From Nannocystales bacterium (GTDB lineage: Bacteria > Myxococcota_A > Polyangia > Nannocystales > Nannocystaceae), in NCBI GenBank assembly GCA_050633305.1, contig JBOEGF010000018.1, positions 832,001 to 896,000 on the forward strand: DNA of 64,000 nucleotides. Reading direction: 5' to 3'. A model generated the notes under the pieces. It was not told the DNA's origin and did not search any database. It worked only from the letters and a program-made list of their open reading frames with translations. Position numbers and translations under genes: made by a program. How positions within the stretch are numbered: the first letter of the stretch is position 1; the number at the start of each line of letters is the position of its first letter. Below, one piece after another: positions 27,279 through 36,970 of the stretch.

Positions 27279-28571
27279 TCACCGCTTGCGAGATTTGCAC
27301 TGTGTCTCGTGCGGCTGGCACTTGAAACGGGCGTGCATGTGGTCCGCGTGCCCCTTGACGTGCTGGATGACGGGGCTTCCCGACCCGGTCGGCGAGGGGT
27401 ACTCCATCCACTGCTTCAGCGCGGCCTTGGACATGAGCTTGTTGGACACGGCGTAGTCGTGCAACAGCTTCTGAATCTCGCGGTCCACGTAGATGACCTC
27501 GATCTGCCCGGTCTGCACCAGCGTCTGCATCAGAGCCCAGCACTCCTTGGCATCGAGGTTCTTGCTGTTCATCACCCGCCAGTTCAGCTCTTCGCCCGCG
27601 GGGAGCTTCTGAGGGTAGCCCAAGTCGACATCGCGGCCGGACTGATGCGTGGAGTGGGGTGCAAGCCGACCGCCGCTTCGGCTGGACATATTGCCGACCA
27701 GGACGGGCTGTTTGTGCCCGCTGGCCGCCCACTGACGAAGGGCTTTGTCGAGGATCGCGACCGTGTTGGCGGTGGCGAACGACTTCCATCCGATCATCTT
27801 CATGACCCGCCCGGGCCCATCCATCATTGGGACGCCGCCAGCGAGCTTGCCGCTGCTGGGGCCGCCGATCGATTCGCTCTTCGTGCCGTCGTTGGCCCTG
27901 TAGACCACCACTGCGCTCTTGGGCGGGAGGTCCGTCTTGAGCGCGACGCCTGGGTTCAGCTCGCTGATCTCGTGGTGAAAGATTTTGTAGAGGTTCGCGA
28001 CGTTCTCCAGCGTGCCGCCGCGGCGGACGGTGTATTTCACCGTGCTGGGAGCCTTGAAGTTGCGGGCCCAGGACGCAGGGGCGGGCCGGGGGTCGAAGTC
28101 TCCAGCGGAGATGGGGGGCTCGGCCTCGGGGGCTTCGTCCGTGGGCCGGTCCCGGAACTTTGGGCTGTCTGCCGCGGGCTCAGGCTTGGGCTCGGAGTTC
28201 GGGATCGGGTCGGCGGACGGGGGGTCGTCGGTGACCGAGGGGAGCTCGTCGGCAGACTTGGCCTGCTCCGCGTTTGTGACCGCCGCGCTGGGCGGTTGTG
28301 TCGAGTCTTCCGCGTCGCACCGCATCATGCCGAAGAGCCCCCATAGGGCACCGGCTGACGCGAACATGACCAGCCCGATCTTGGATCGTGGCTCGGCACG
28401 ACCGGCCGAGACCGACTCGCTCGGGCTCTCGTCCGAGAACGTCTCCTCAGGACCATCGTCCGACGATTCGGCGGGGCCATCGTCCGCGGACGTTTCATCG
28501 TCGGCCGGGTGGACATCCTCCGAGGAGGTGTCCGCGGGCAGCTCGTCGTCGCTGTGCTCGTCGCTGGGCAT
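27279..28571 (-). CDS. LysM-domain penicillin-insensitive murein endopeptidase (MepA-like)
   Basis: Acidic N-terminus, one TM, Pro-rich linker, LysM (YTVRRGGTLENVA..ISELNP), GNMS..GG...HSTHQSGRDVD and HADHMHARF. Confidence 0.85.
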   Translation of the reverse strand: MPSDEHSDDELPADTSSEDVHPADDETSADDGPAESSDDGPEETFSDESPSESVSAGRAEPRSKIGLVMFASAGALWGLFGMMRCDAEDSTQPPSAAVTNAEQAKSADELPSVTDDPPSADPIPNSEPKPEPAADSPKFRDRPTDEAPEAEPPISAGDFDPRPAPASWARNFKAPSTVKYTVRRGGTLENVANLYKIFHHEISELNPGVALKTDLPPKSAVVVYRANDGTKSESIGGPSSGKLAGGVPMMDGPGRVMKMIGWKSFATANTVAILDKALRQWAASGHKQPVLVGNMSSRSGGRLAPHSTHQSGRDVDLGYPQKLPAGEELNWRVMNSKNLDAKECWALMQTLVQTGQIEVIYVDREIQKLLHDYAVSNKLMSKAALKQWMEYPSPTGSGSPVIQHVKGHADHMHARFKCQPHETQCKSRKR

Positions 28572-28730
28572 GGCGGAGGCGAGATGGTCGGCCGAACACT
28601 GGGTCCGATGCAAGAAAAGCGGTGCGCGAACGGCGACGGAAAACGGTTTGGGTAGCAGGATGCCGGTTCACCACCTGGTCAAGCGTGGCTCAAATCCTGT
28701 AACAGCGGCAACGAGGACCAGGATCAGGAC

Positions 28731-30347
28731 CTATGGCGTGTAGGCTGCGAGGAAAATGTTGTCGCCCTCGGTCCCACCTGCAATGGCCCCGCACGCCACG
28801 GGCGTCGCTAGCGGGCCGGATATGACAACGGCGTAGAACGCGCCATTCTCATCAAGTGTCCTGGACCACATCGTTTCTCCGTCGACGGAGAGCCTCGCCA
28901 GCCAGGGTCCGCCTTCACGGGTACCTGCCACCACCACGTCTCCCTCCGGCGTGAGAGCCACTCCATACGGAGAGCCCAAGGACGCGAAGTCGCCCGTCTC
29001 CACTGCCCAGTCTGGCGTCCCCGCACCATCGTAGCGCACAACCCACGGTGTTGAGGAGAACGACGGGTCACCAAGGCCGACGGCAACCACCCCTGAGCCG
29101 TCGACGGCGGCAACATCCAGTGGGTTGGTAAGCGTGTAGGGGTCGTTGTTCCAGATGTCCTGGTCCCACAGGGTACCGAAGCCCGAGTTCTTTCGCTGCA
29201 GCCGACCTAAGGGGGCGACACTGTTCGAACGAGCGACGACAAACGCTCCGCCGTTGAACGTGGCGTGCTTGATAGGAAAACGCCCTGGTAGATAGGACGG
29301 AGAAGCTACTAGATCTCCTGCGTCGTCGATCCTGTAGAGCAGGCCCTCTCCGCCGCCACCGAGTTCTGTCCACCCCGACACGACCACTTCTCCACCGACG
29401 TCGGCCCCAACATCAGTTGCGTACACTGCGAAGTCGTCGGAACGGCTCCACTCCACATCCCCGTTCCCCGATGCCATCTTGACCACCCGAATGTCGGTGA
29501 ACGGCGCCGCAAGTACTGAGCCGAGGTTCGTCCTGTGCCTCCCAACGAGCACCACGCCGTCTGACACCGCCGCCGCTGCTCTTGCCTCGTAGTCGTGGTG
29601 GGTTGGTGTCGCGGACGGGGCCCATACCCGACTCCAAACGACGTCCCCATCTGGCGTCATGCGTTGGGAGTAGTAGGCCGCGGAATCGCCAGAACCCTTC
29701 GGATTAGTCACTCGTGAGGCTGAATAGAGCTCTCCTGTTTCGGAGGAGACGATGTCAACACATCGGTCAAAATCAAAAACATGTTCTTCGTGGGTCCAGA
29801 TCTGTTGACCTGAATCCAGGCAGTTGTTGTTGCATCCGTTCCCGTCTTGAGTGTCTGCATCGTCGCACTGCTCTGGTCCATTTTGGATTCCGTCGCCGCA
29901 GTGAAGACCGAGCCCATCGCAGTCGAGAGTGCACGAGTCATACGTTCCGTTGTCTTCGCCATCATCACAAGTCTCCCCAGCTTCGAGCCGCCCGTTTCCG
30001 CACTCAGGAGGGTCGCTCGTTTCTGACGCCTGGGTCGAATCTCCGTCCGAACTCTCGGTCGCTCCGCTGGTGGAAGTGGACAACGTTGCGGTTCCGCTCT
30101 GGTCGCCATCGTCCTCGGTGGAACCCTCATCCGCGCCTGTTGTCCCTTGTGGGGCTGTCGTCTCCAGACCCTGAGTCGCTTGGCCGGAAGTCGAATCTGG
30201 TGACGTCGATAGAGTGTCCATTGCTCCCGTGATTGCCCCGGTCGCGGACGATGAACCCGATGTCTCGCCCGTATCTGATTCCGTGAAGCCTGGGTTGAAG
30301 CATGCTGCGGGCGATAGCGAGACTAATACGGCTGTGAGTCTTTTCAT
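28731..30347 (-). CDS. lipoprotein with Myxococcus Cys-rich repeats and a C-terminal beta-propeller
   Basis: Lipobox PAAC; S/T linker; CGNGRLEAGETCDDG and CGDGIQNGPEQCDD repeats; repeated G...W propeller blades; lower GC. Confidence 0.8.
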   Translation of the reverse strand: MKRLTAVLVSLSPAACFNPGFTESDTGETSGSSSATGAITGAMDTLSTSPDSTSGQATQGLETTAPQGTTGADEGSTEDDGDQSGTATLSTSTSGATESSDGDSTQASETSDPPECGNGRLEAGETCDDGEDNGTYDSCTLDCDGLGLHCGDGIQNGPEQCDDADTQDGNGCNNNCLDSGQQIWTHEEHVFDFDRCVDIVSSETGELYSASRVTNPKGSGDSAAYYSQRMTPDGDVVWSRVWAPSATPTHHDYEARAAAAVSDGVVLVGRHRTNLGSVLAAPFTDIRVVKMASGNGDVEWSRSDDFAVYATDVGADVGGEVVVSGWTELGGGGEGLLYRIDDAGDLVASPSYLPGRFPIKHATFNGGAFVVARSNSVAPLGRLQRKNSGFGTLWDQDIWNNDPYTLTNPLDVAAVDGSGVVAVGLGDPSFSSTPWVVRYDGAGTPDWAVETGDFASLGSPYGVALTPEGDVVVAGTREGGPWLARLSVDGETMWSRTLDENGAFYAVVISGPLATPVACGAIAGGTEGDNIFLAAYTP

Positions 30348-30395
30348 GGCGTTCGAATCCAGAACTCGGGCGTTTGTATGCTGCAGGCGGGCGCC

Positions 30396-31601
30396 CTACT
30401 CGGGCAGACAGCACAAAGTGGTTGGGCTGCCGGCCTGCGCGTCGCCGGTTGAACTCGGGGTAGATGGGGCGCACGAGGTGTCGTTTGACCCGGAGAAGCT
30501 AACGTAGGCACTGTCGGCGCCAAACGCTGATGCCTCGCAGCCTGCGCCAATTTCGTGGAGTGAGGCGAAAGCAACCGGGCTGTCGGAACAGCCCAACTGC
30601 GACCAAATTGATACTGTCCCGCCGCAGGTCCCGGTGGGGGATTCACAGCTGCACTCACTGCAAGCTCGAGTATCAGTGAACGACTCAAATCGGACGAAAC
30701 GGTCCGTGAATCCGCCGGACGGGCACTCGTGGGTCCCTTCTTGGGCGATGCAAACTCGGGCGCTCTTACTCCCCGTGAGGTCGGCAACGCATTGTTCGTC
30801 GGCCGGGCAAGATCCTTCCGCAAATAGGGGCTCTCCACACAACACGGAATGCGTTGCCCAGCTCGCGGCGGGAACCTCGGTGGTGGGCATGGGGGAGCAC
30901 TCGCCCCCTACGACCCCTGGGTTCGGGACGTCCCAATAGTGCCCCGATGGGTAGTCGAGTAGGCTGAGACAGGACCCTTCGGCTGCAAGTGGGTACTCTT
31001 GAAGAGCTGGCCCTCCGCAAATCGGGTCGCCGCCGAAGTACTCAAGGACTACAGGTCCGCAGCTCGTATCTGTCGGCGTGCCGCAGTCACAGTCGCAGGA
31101 CGCCTGTTCTGCTTCTAGACCTGCAAATGCAGATAGGATAGTAGCCGGAGCCTCGTCTGGACACTCCTTCAGAGACCCTGCAGAGTCGCTCTCAAACAGC
31201 AAGGCGGGGCCGACCCAGTTGTTGGGGACAACAGGGACACAGAGATTATCTCCGCCGCACTGTTGCTCTCCGTTCGTCGACGATGACTCTGCTTCCGTCC
31301 GACCTGTTGAATCGGAGCCTTCCGACGAGGTACTACTTGAGTTCAGACCCGAAGTTGTACCCCGCGGTCCCGCGCCTGATTCCGACTCGACACCAGTCGT
31401 CCCGGTAGCGGCGCTTGGTGATGCGGTCGCTGTCGCCGAGGTCATGGGGCCAGAGGTTGACGTAGAAGCTGACTCTTGGATGTTCCCGGTTTCCTCGCCA
31501 CTGGCGCTAGCGGAGTCAGGCAGGAGGGGGTTGCTCTCAAAGCAGCCTGCTGTTCCTCCCACCAGCAGCGCGATCATGACCATCCAACCTCTGTGGAGCA
31601 T
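30396..31601 (-). CDS. Cys-rich lipoprotein of unknown function
   Basis: Lipobox TAGC; S/T linker; two halves with CDCDC and CSECSC motifs, ends TLCCLPE. Start is 31601 or 31583; lower GC. Confidence 0.75.
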   Translation of the reverse strand: MLHRGWMVMIALLVGGTAGCFESNPLLPDSASASGEETGNIQESASTSTSGPMTSATATASPSAATGTTGVESESGAGPRGTTSGLNSSSTSSEGSDSTGRTEAESSSTNGEQQCGGDNLCVPVVPNNWVGPALLFESDSAGSLKECPDEAPATILSAFAGLEAEQASCDCDCGTPTDTSCGPVVLEYFGGDPICGGPALQEYPLAAEGSCLSLLDYPSGHYWDVPNPGVVGGECSPMPTTEVPAASWATHSVLCGEPLFAEGSCPADEQCVADLTGSKSARVCIAQEGTHECPSGGFTDRFVRFESFTDTRACSECSCESPTGTCGGTVSIWSQLGCSDSPVAFASLHEIGAGCEASAFGADSAYVSFSGSNDTSCAPSTPSSTGDAQAGSPTTLCCLPE

Positions 31602-31801
31602 GCTCGGACTCGTAGCATGCGTGTGTTGCGCGTTCAACTCAGAACGTTCATGAGGTCCAGGTGGTCCAGGTCCCAAGGACTGCGGACAGTTCGACAGTTC
31701 GGGTCCGGCCCGTCACCGAGTTCCACTGCGAGTCGGAGCTGCACGCTACAGCGAGCAAGATCCGCCCCGATTGAGGCAGGTTGTCGTCCGCGACAATAGG
31801 G

Positions 31802-33613
31802 CTACAGATCCACCCATGTGCCGGTTGCGGCGGGGGCTTCGTCCAGCACGTACGTTCTGTGTGCATCTAGGCGTGGATCCACGACGATTGGGTCGACGTC
31901 CTGGTCTTCGAGTAGCCACCCGAACAAGCCCGTCCGAATGTCGCCCGCCTCGTCCCAGGTCAGTTCCCCTGACACGCCCTGAAGGTCCACCGAGCCGCCC
32001 TCGACCGCCATTACGTTGCGGGCTTCTGCGATGAAGGAGAGTGTGGCTCCGCTGAAGGAGATTTCAGTTCCGGTCGGGTCCATCAGGGCCACGTATGCGG
32101 CGGCAATCTGGGCACCGCTGACCTCTTCGTCCCCCGGGACAGCTGACATCGCGAAGAAGGTTGCCATCGCGGCGTCGTAGGAGAGCGCCGCGCTGGTGAG
32201 CGCATCCTCGTCGTTGAAGCGAATCCGGTATCGAATATTGAACGCACTGAAGTTGACCGGGTCGAAGATGATGGGCGAGTAGCCCTCGATGTTGTCGCTA
32301 ATGACCTGCTTGATCGGGACGAGGCCTTCCGTCCCGGGCGTGGGCCCGATCTCGTTGATCATCCGCTCGAGCTCCGGGACCGAGCCGTGGCTGAAGTGGA
32401 AACGCGGCATTGGGGGCTGGCTGAGTGCCCAGGCACTGAAGTAGCCGTACAGTAGCGCTTGGGTCTCGGACGTGCCCAGGAAGAGAATGTCCGTGTAGTG
32501 GTCGTCTCGGTTTTCGTAGACGGCAGGAAGGACACCGATCGCCCCGGCGATCGTTGCTCCGTAGGATGCAAGCAGCTCGTCCTGCGTCGCGAAACTCGCT
32601 GGGTTCTCGTACGTCGAGACGAAGATCTCCATTCCCGGAAGCAACGCCTCGAGCTCGGTCTGTACACCTGCGAGCAGGCCGGTGCCGTACGCATCGTCCT
32701 TGGCCAGGATCAGCAGACGTTCCATCCGGGTCTCGACGGGCTCGGCCCGCCGCTCGGTCATACGGTCGATGATGCCGTTGGATTGGTACGTGTCCGGAGC
32801 GATCGTTCTCCAGACGAGGTCGTTGTCGTTGAGCTCGGTGATCGAGGTCGCGGTTGCGGTGGGCGTGACGATGAAGACGCCGCGATCGACCGTGACATTG
32901 GTGGCAACGGCGAGGACCGACTCACTGAATGCCGGCCCGACGATCGCGGGCACACCGACGTTGTCCGCAAGGTGGGTCGCAGCGTCGACGGCTGCATCGA
33001 CCCCAGCGGTGGAGTCGCAGGACACCCACGCAATCTGGCGGTCGCCCTGCAAGGTTGTGTTGTCGTTGAAGTCCTCGACGGCGAGTTGCACGGCGTTGAC
33101 CAGCGGCTGAACGAGGTCCTCAAAGGCGCCCCCACTAGGGAAGATCGAGCCGATGTAGACGACGTTGTCCCGGTCGAAGTCGTCGTCGTCGGGATACTGG
33201 ACGCTCTGGCACTCGGCGGACAGAAGGGCGAGACACGTGTTGTCGGGGCCGCAGCGTTCGTCGGTGGAGCAGTCCGTGTTCACCGTACACATCACCGCGT
33301 CGGTGTCGGTATCGGTCGTAGGGTCGGTGTCGGACGGATCGGTGGTCTCGGTCGTGTCGGTGCTCGGACCCATGGTCGTGGGTCCGGTGGTCGTGGACGG
33401 TTGCGTGGTGTCAGTGGTCACTCCACCGCTCGACGTGCCAGCCGTCGAAGAGCCGCCGGGCGGGACGCAGAAGTTGTCTTCGCACGTCCCCGCACCGTTG
33501 GAGTACGCGCAGTCGTCATCGCTCGAGCAAGGCTGTTGCTCGTCGAGGCCCAACGTCAAGCTGCAGCCACCAAGGGCCAGGACGGACAATGCAAACCAGA
33601 CTTCGCGTTTCAT
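31802..33613 (-). CDS. lipoprotein with Cys-rich N-terminal modules and a type I periplasmic binding (LivJ-like) domain
   Basis: Lipobox LGGC; CSSDDDC and CTVNTDC modules; AIVGPAFS, WRTIAPD, DDAYG, SYDA, LQGVSG.L.WD. Confidence 0.82.
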   Translation of the reverse strand: MKREVWFALSVLALGGCSLTLGLDEQQPCSSDDDCAYSNGAGTCEDNFCVPPGGSSTAGTSSGGVTTDTTQPSTTTGPTTMGPSTDTTETTDPSDTDPTTDTDTDAVMCTVNTDCSTDERCGPDNTCLALLSAECQSVQYPDDDDFDRDNVVYIGSIFPSGGAFEDLVQPLVNAVQLAVEDFNDNTTLQGDRQIAWVSCDSTAGVDAAVDAATHLADNVGVPAIVGPAFSESVLAVATNVTVDRGVFIVTPTATATSITELNDNDLVWRTIAPDTYQSNGIIDRMTERRAEPVETRMERLLILAKDDAYGTGLLAGVQTELEALLPGMEIFVSTYENPASFATQDELLASYGATIAGAIGVLPAVYENRDDHYTDILFLGTSETQALLYGYFSAWALSQPPMPRFHFSHGSVPELERMINEIGPTPGTEGLVPIKQVISDNIEGYSPIIFDPVNFSAFNIRYRIRFNDEDALTSAALSYDAAMATFFAMSAVPGDEEVSGAQIAAAYVALMDPTGTEISFSGATLSFIAEARNVMAVEGGSVDLQGVSGELTWDEAGDIRTGLFGWLLEDQDVDPIVVDPRLDAHRTYVLDEAPAATGTWVDL

Positions 33614-33678
33614 TCAAGCTCTCCCTCGACTCCGGTTGGGGCCCGAACCACCCATTCGCCCGAGAATTCAGTTGGCCG

Positions 33679-34605
33679 CTAGAACCGGCCGTGCACGGCA
33701 GCGCCCGCCGAGCGTGGCGAGGCGGCCGGGGCGATGACCCAGCGCCGAGGAGGAACGCCTGCCGTCGAGGCGGGCTTGCCTTTTCCGAGGGTGGTGAGCA
33801 CCAGGACGAGGCCGGCCGCAGCAAGGACACCACCGGTGATGAACATCGCATCGGCGGCTCGTGCCTGCCGTCGCGCGTCATCTCGCATTCGGAGCGCATC
33901 GTCGACAAACTCGGCGGCATCCGCATCGTCGGCGTTGGACTGGGCAAGGCCGCCGAGCACGCCGCCCACGATGAGGCCGGCACCGCCGACGCCCAGGAGG
34001 GTGTAGCCGGCGATTCGCTGGCCGCGTTTCTTTTCCGTGGGCCCACGGTCATCCTCTGAGTCCGAGTTCTCCCCCGCGGCTTCGAGGGATGTCTCCTCGG
34101 GCGGCGGTGTGTCGTCGCCTTCGTCGTTCTGGCCCTCGTCCTGGCCTTCGTTCTCCTCCTCGAGCTGTTGCAGGGCGCCGCGCAGCACTTTGAGCCGCTC
34201 GGTCGCCGCCTCGCGGGACTGGAGGTCGACGCCTGGTTGGGAGACGAACTTCTGATAGTGGGCGACCGCTTGCTCGAGATCGCCCTTCTCTTCGTACACA
34301 CGCCCGATGTTGAAGAGGTAGTTGGGGTTGGCGTTGAGCCCGTATGCCTGTTCGAACAGGCCGATGCTCTCGTCGTAGCGCTTGGCGGAGAACGCCTCGA
34401 CAGCCTTCTCGCTGAGAGCCTCGGCGTCTGCGTTGGTGCTTGCGCTGTCCGCAGGTGCGGCGTTGACCCTGGCGAGGGCGAGGCAGGGCGTGCTCGCGAG
34501 TACCAACGCACACAGGGTCCCGACCATGCCACTCATGCTGCTCATGCTGCGCCCGTGCGTACTGCGGGCAGGGGGGGAGCTGGGGGTGTTGAGCGTGCGT
34601 GGCAT
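33679..34605 (-). CDS. exported TPR-repeat protein with a C-terminal hydrophobic hairpin
   Basis: Signal peptide; FEQAY...NYLFNIGRVYEEKG..AVAHYQKF; two Gly-rich hydrophobic segments; ends ..AVHGRF. Alternative start near 34546. Confidence 0.8.
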   Translation of the reverse strand: MPRTLNTPSSPPARSTHGRSMSSMSGMVGTLCALVLASTPCLALARVNAAPADSASTNADAEALSEKAVEAFSAKRYDESIGLFEQAYGLNANPNYLFNIGRVYEEKGDLEQAVAHYQKFVSQPGVDLQSREAATERLKVLRGALQQLEEENEGQDEGQNDEGDDTPPPEETSLEAAGENSDSEDDRGPTEKKRGQRIAGYTLLGVGGAGLIVGGVLGGLAQSNADDADAAEFVDDALRMRDDARRQARAADAMFITGGVLAAAGLVLVLTTLGKGKPASTAGVPPRRWVIAPAASPRSAGAAVHGRF

Positions 34606-34614
34606 GGGGGAGGA

Positions 34615-36729
34615 TCAGTCCTTGGTGGGAAGGAAGACGCCTCCGCCACCCTCTTGTGAGTCTTTCGTGGGGAGAAAGACGGAACTCGGCTTTTTTGCCT
34701 TGGGTGTGGGCTTGGGTGCGGGCTCAGGGGCTGCCGCGGGCTTGGCCGATGGGGTGGCCTCCTTGGGGTCGGCCGAGGACACGGGTGGCTGGCTATCGGA
34801 TGCGCCGCGTTTGCGGCCCTTGCCGACGAGCCGGGCCCGGAGGTTTTCGGTCCCGGTCTCGAGCACGTTGAGCTCCTCTTGCCACGGAAGGTAGCCTCGG
34901 GCGGTCATGCGGACCGTGTGCGTCCCGACCGAGAGCGACCCCTTGAATGGGGTCGTGCCCTGAGGTTCGCCGTCGATGAAAAGGTTGGCCAACGGGCGGG
35001 AGCTGATATTGACGGGGCCGTAGACGGCGTCGGGGTCGATGGTGGCCGGTTGCGGAGCGGCTGAGGCCGGCTCGTCTGGCGCGAGGCTCTTCAGCTTTGC
35101 CGCGGCGCCGACATGGGTCGCGTCGGCCTTGAGGACATCCCGATACGCCTGCACTGCAGAGGCGGTCTCCCCGTCGGCCTCGAAGGCCTCGCCGGCCGCC
35201 ATCAACTTGGCGATGGCCAGCTGGGAATCGAGCTTTTTGACTCGCTGCGCCAGGGCGGGGGCGGTGCGGGCGGGGGCCCGCACCGAGTCGAGCATGTCGC
35301 TGGCGCGCACGAGTTCGCCGTCGTCGATCAACGTGCGGGCCTGCGACAACGTCTCATCGTGGCTGAGGGCGGCTGCGCCCGCGGATGCGACTGAAGCCTC
35401 TCGAGGACCCTCGCTGTCCGAGCCGGACTCACCGCTGTTGCTCTGCAGCGCGAAGTAGACCAAGCCCCCGGCGAGCACAACAACCGCAGCCGCGAGTCCG
35501 AGCACGGTGCCGCGGTTTTGGGGCGCTTGGACTTCGACCGGCCCTGTGTACTGCGGATCTTGAGAGGGTTGGCTGAGCGTGACCGGCTCAGGCGTGGGGC
35601 TGTTGTCCGGGCTGAGGATCGGCGTCGGAATCCCGTCGGACGCGTCTGGATCGTCCATGGAGGGGCTGGCGGGGAGCGTCGAGGCCGAGTCGGCAGCCAC
35701 GGTTGGGTGGCGTCCGCTGATCGCCTGGGATCCGACGAGTTGAACCAGTCCCGTGTTGCCATAGCCGGGGCGGGGGACCTCTCCTGTGGGGTGCCGAGGC
35801 CCGACGTTGGGGGGGGCTTCGCGTCGCTCGACCTTGGGCAGTCGAAACAGAGACGCTGGGACCACGTCGATCAGCTGCTCGACGATCGCGTTGGCATCGT
35901 CAGGCCGGGAGGTGGGTGCCTTGACCAAGCACTGGTGGACCAGCTTGATCAGGCCCTCGGGCACCGAGTGGTCCGTGGGCAGGACGTCGTGCAGGGGGAC
36001 AGGGTCGTTGTGGATCGTCTTGTAGAAGACGGTCGCGCTCTCATCCCCTTCGAACGGCAGGCGTCCGGAGAGCATGAAGTAGAAGAGGGCTCCCAACGAA
36101 AACACGTCGACTCGAACGTCGAGTTCTTCATTGCCCTCGATGACTTCGGGTGCCAGGTAGCCGGCGGTGCCCAGGACGTGTTCCTCGGTGACCGGTTGCT
36201 CATCGCGCGTCAGCTTGGCGAGCCCGAAGTCGAGAATCTTGACGAAGTTCGCCCGGCCCTTGCGCTCACACAACATGATGTTGGCGGGCTTGATGTCGCG
36301 GAGCATGACCCCGCGACTGTGGGCGTGGCCGACCCCCTTGAGAACTTGGGCGGCGATCGGGACGAACGTGTGGAGATCGAGACTGCGCCGCTCTGCGATG
36401 AAGTCGCTGAGAACCTCGCCCTCCAGGTACTCCATCACCAGGTAGGCTCGGCCGGAGTCCTGGCCCGAATCGAGGAGCCGGACGATGTTGGGGTGGCGGA
36501 CGCCGCCGAGGCGTTCGGACTCTCGCTTGAATCGTCGGACGGCCTCGGGTTTCCGGGACCAGTCGGGAGAGAGAATCTTGAGGACGACGTCCTCACCGGT
36601 CTCGGTGTTTTCGGCCAGGTACACCAGGCCGACGCCGCCACGCCCAATGAGGGTGCGCACCGAATACCTGCCCCCGAAAACCTGACCGATCAGCGGGTCT
36701 TGCACCGCCGTTTGTTTCTCGTCTCCCAT
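34615..36729 (-). CDS. membrane Ser/Thr protein kinase with a periplasmic TPR-like region and PEGA domain
   Basis: GRGGVGLVY, VLK, LRDIKPAN, DFGLAK, GTAGYLAPE; Pro-rich linker; TM; C-terminal ISSRP.A.LFIDG...G.TP..L..G.H.V (PEGA). Confidence 0.9.
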   Translation of the reverse strand: MGDEKQTAVQDPLIGQVFGGRYSVRTLIGRGGVGLVYLAENTETGEDVVLKILSPDWSRKPEAVRRFKRESERLGGVRHPNIVRLLDSGQDSGRAYLVMEYLEGEVLSDFIAERRSLDLHTFVPIAAQVLKGVGHAHSRGVMLRDIKPANIMLCERKGRANFVKILDFGLAKLTRDEQPVTEEHVLGTAGYLAPEVIEGNEELDVRVDVFSLGALFYFMLSGRLPFEGDESATVFYKTIHNDPVPLHDVLPTDHSVPEGLIKLVHQCLVKAPTSRPDDANAIVEQLIDVVPASLFRLPKVERREAPPNVGPRHPTGEVPRPGYGNTGLVQLVGSQAISGRHPTVAADSASTLPASPSMDDPDASDGIPTPILSPDNSPTPEPVTLSQPSQDPQYTGPVEVQAPQNRGTVLGLAAAVVVLAGGLVYFALQSNSGESGSDSEGPREASVASAGAAALSHDETLSQARTLIDDGELVRASDMLDSVRAPARTAPALAQRVKKLDSQLAIAKLMAAGEAFEADGETASAVQAYRDVLKADATHVGAAAKLKSLAPDEPASAAPQPATIDPDAVYGPVNISSRPLANLFIDGEPQGTTPFKGSLSVGTHTVRMTARGYLPWQEELNVLETGTENLRARLVGKGRKRGASDSQPPVSSADPKEATPSAKPAAAPEPAPKPTPKAKKPSSVFLPTKDSQEGGGGVFLPTKD

Positions 36730-36970
36730 CGTCCGCCTGCTCCCGATCGCTCGCTTGCGTTTGGGTTCCCCGCAGAACCTTTCCGCAAAGGCCATCACAC
36801 TCAATGTGCGACGGCGCCTTCAGAAGGTACGCTGAAAGCGTGCTCTGAGCCACAACACGTTGCTCTCAGGTCCGTACCGAGCGGGGGGCGGCCCTGAAGC
36901 CGGAATTGGCGTGGCACGCAGTGCATGGCGCGATGTCGTCATCGGGCCGGTGTCGTACGTCCGCCGCGAC

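Noticed and set aside
36905..36926. Sigma-54-like TGGCACG...TGCA
   Set aside because: GG-to-GC spacing is 8 nt rather than the required 10, and it points away from the adjacent kinase gene.
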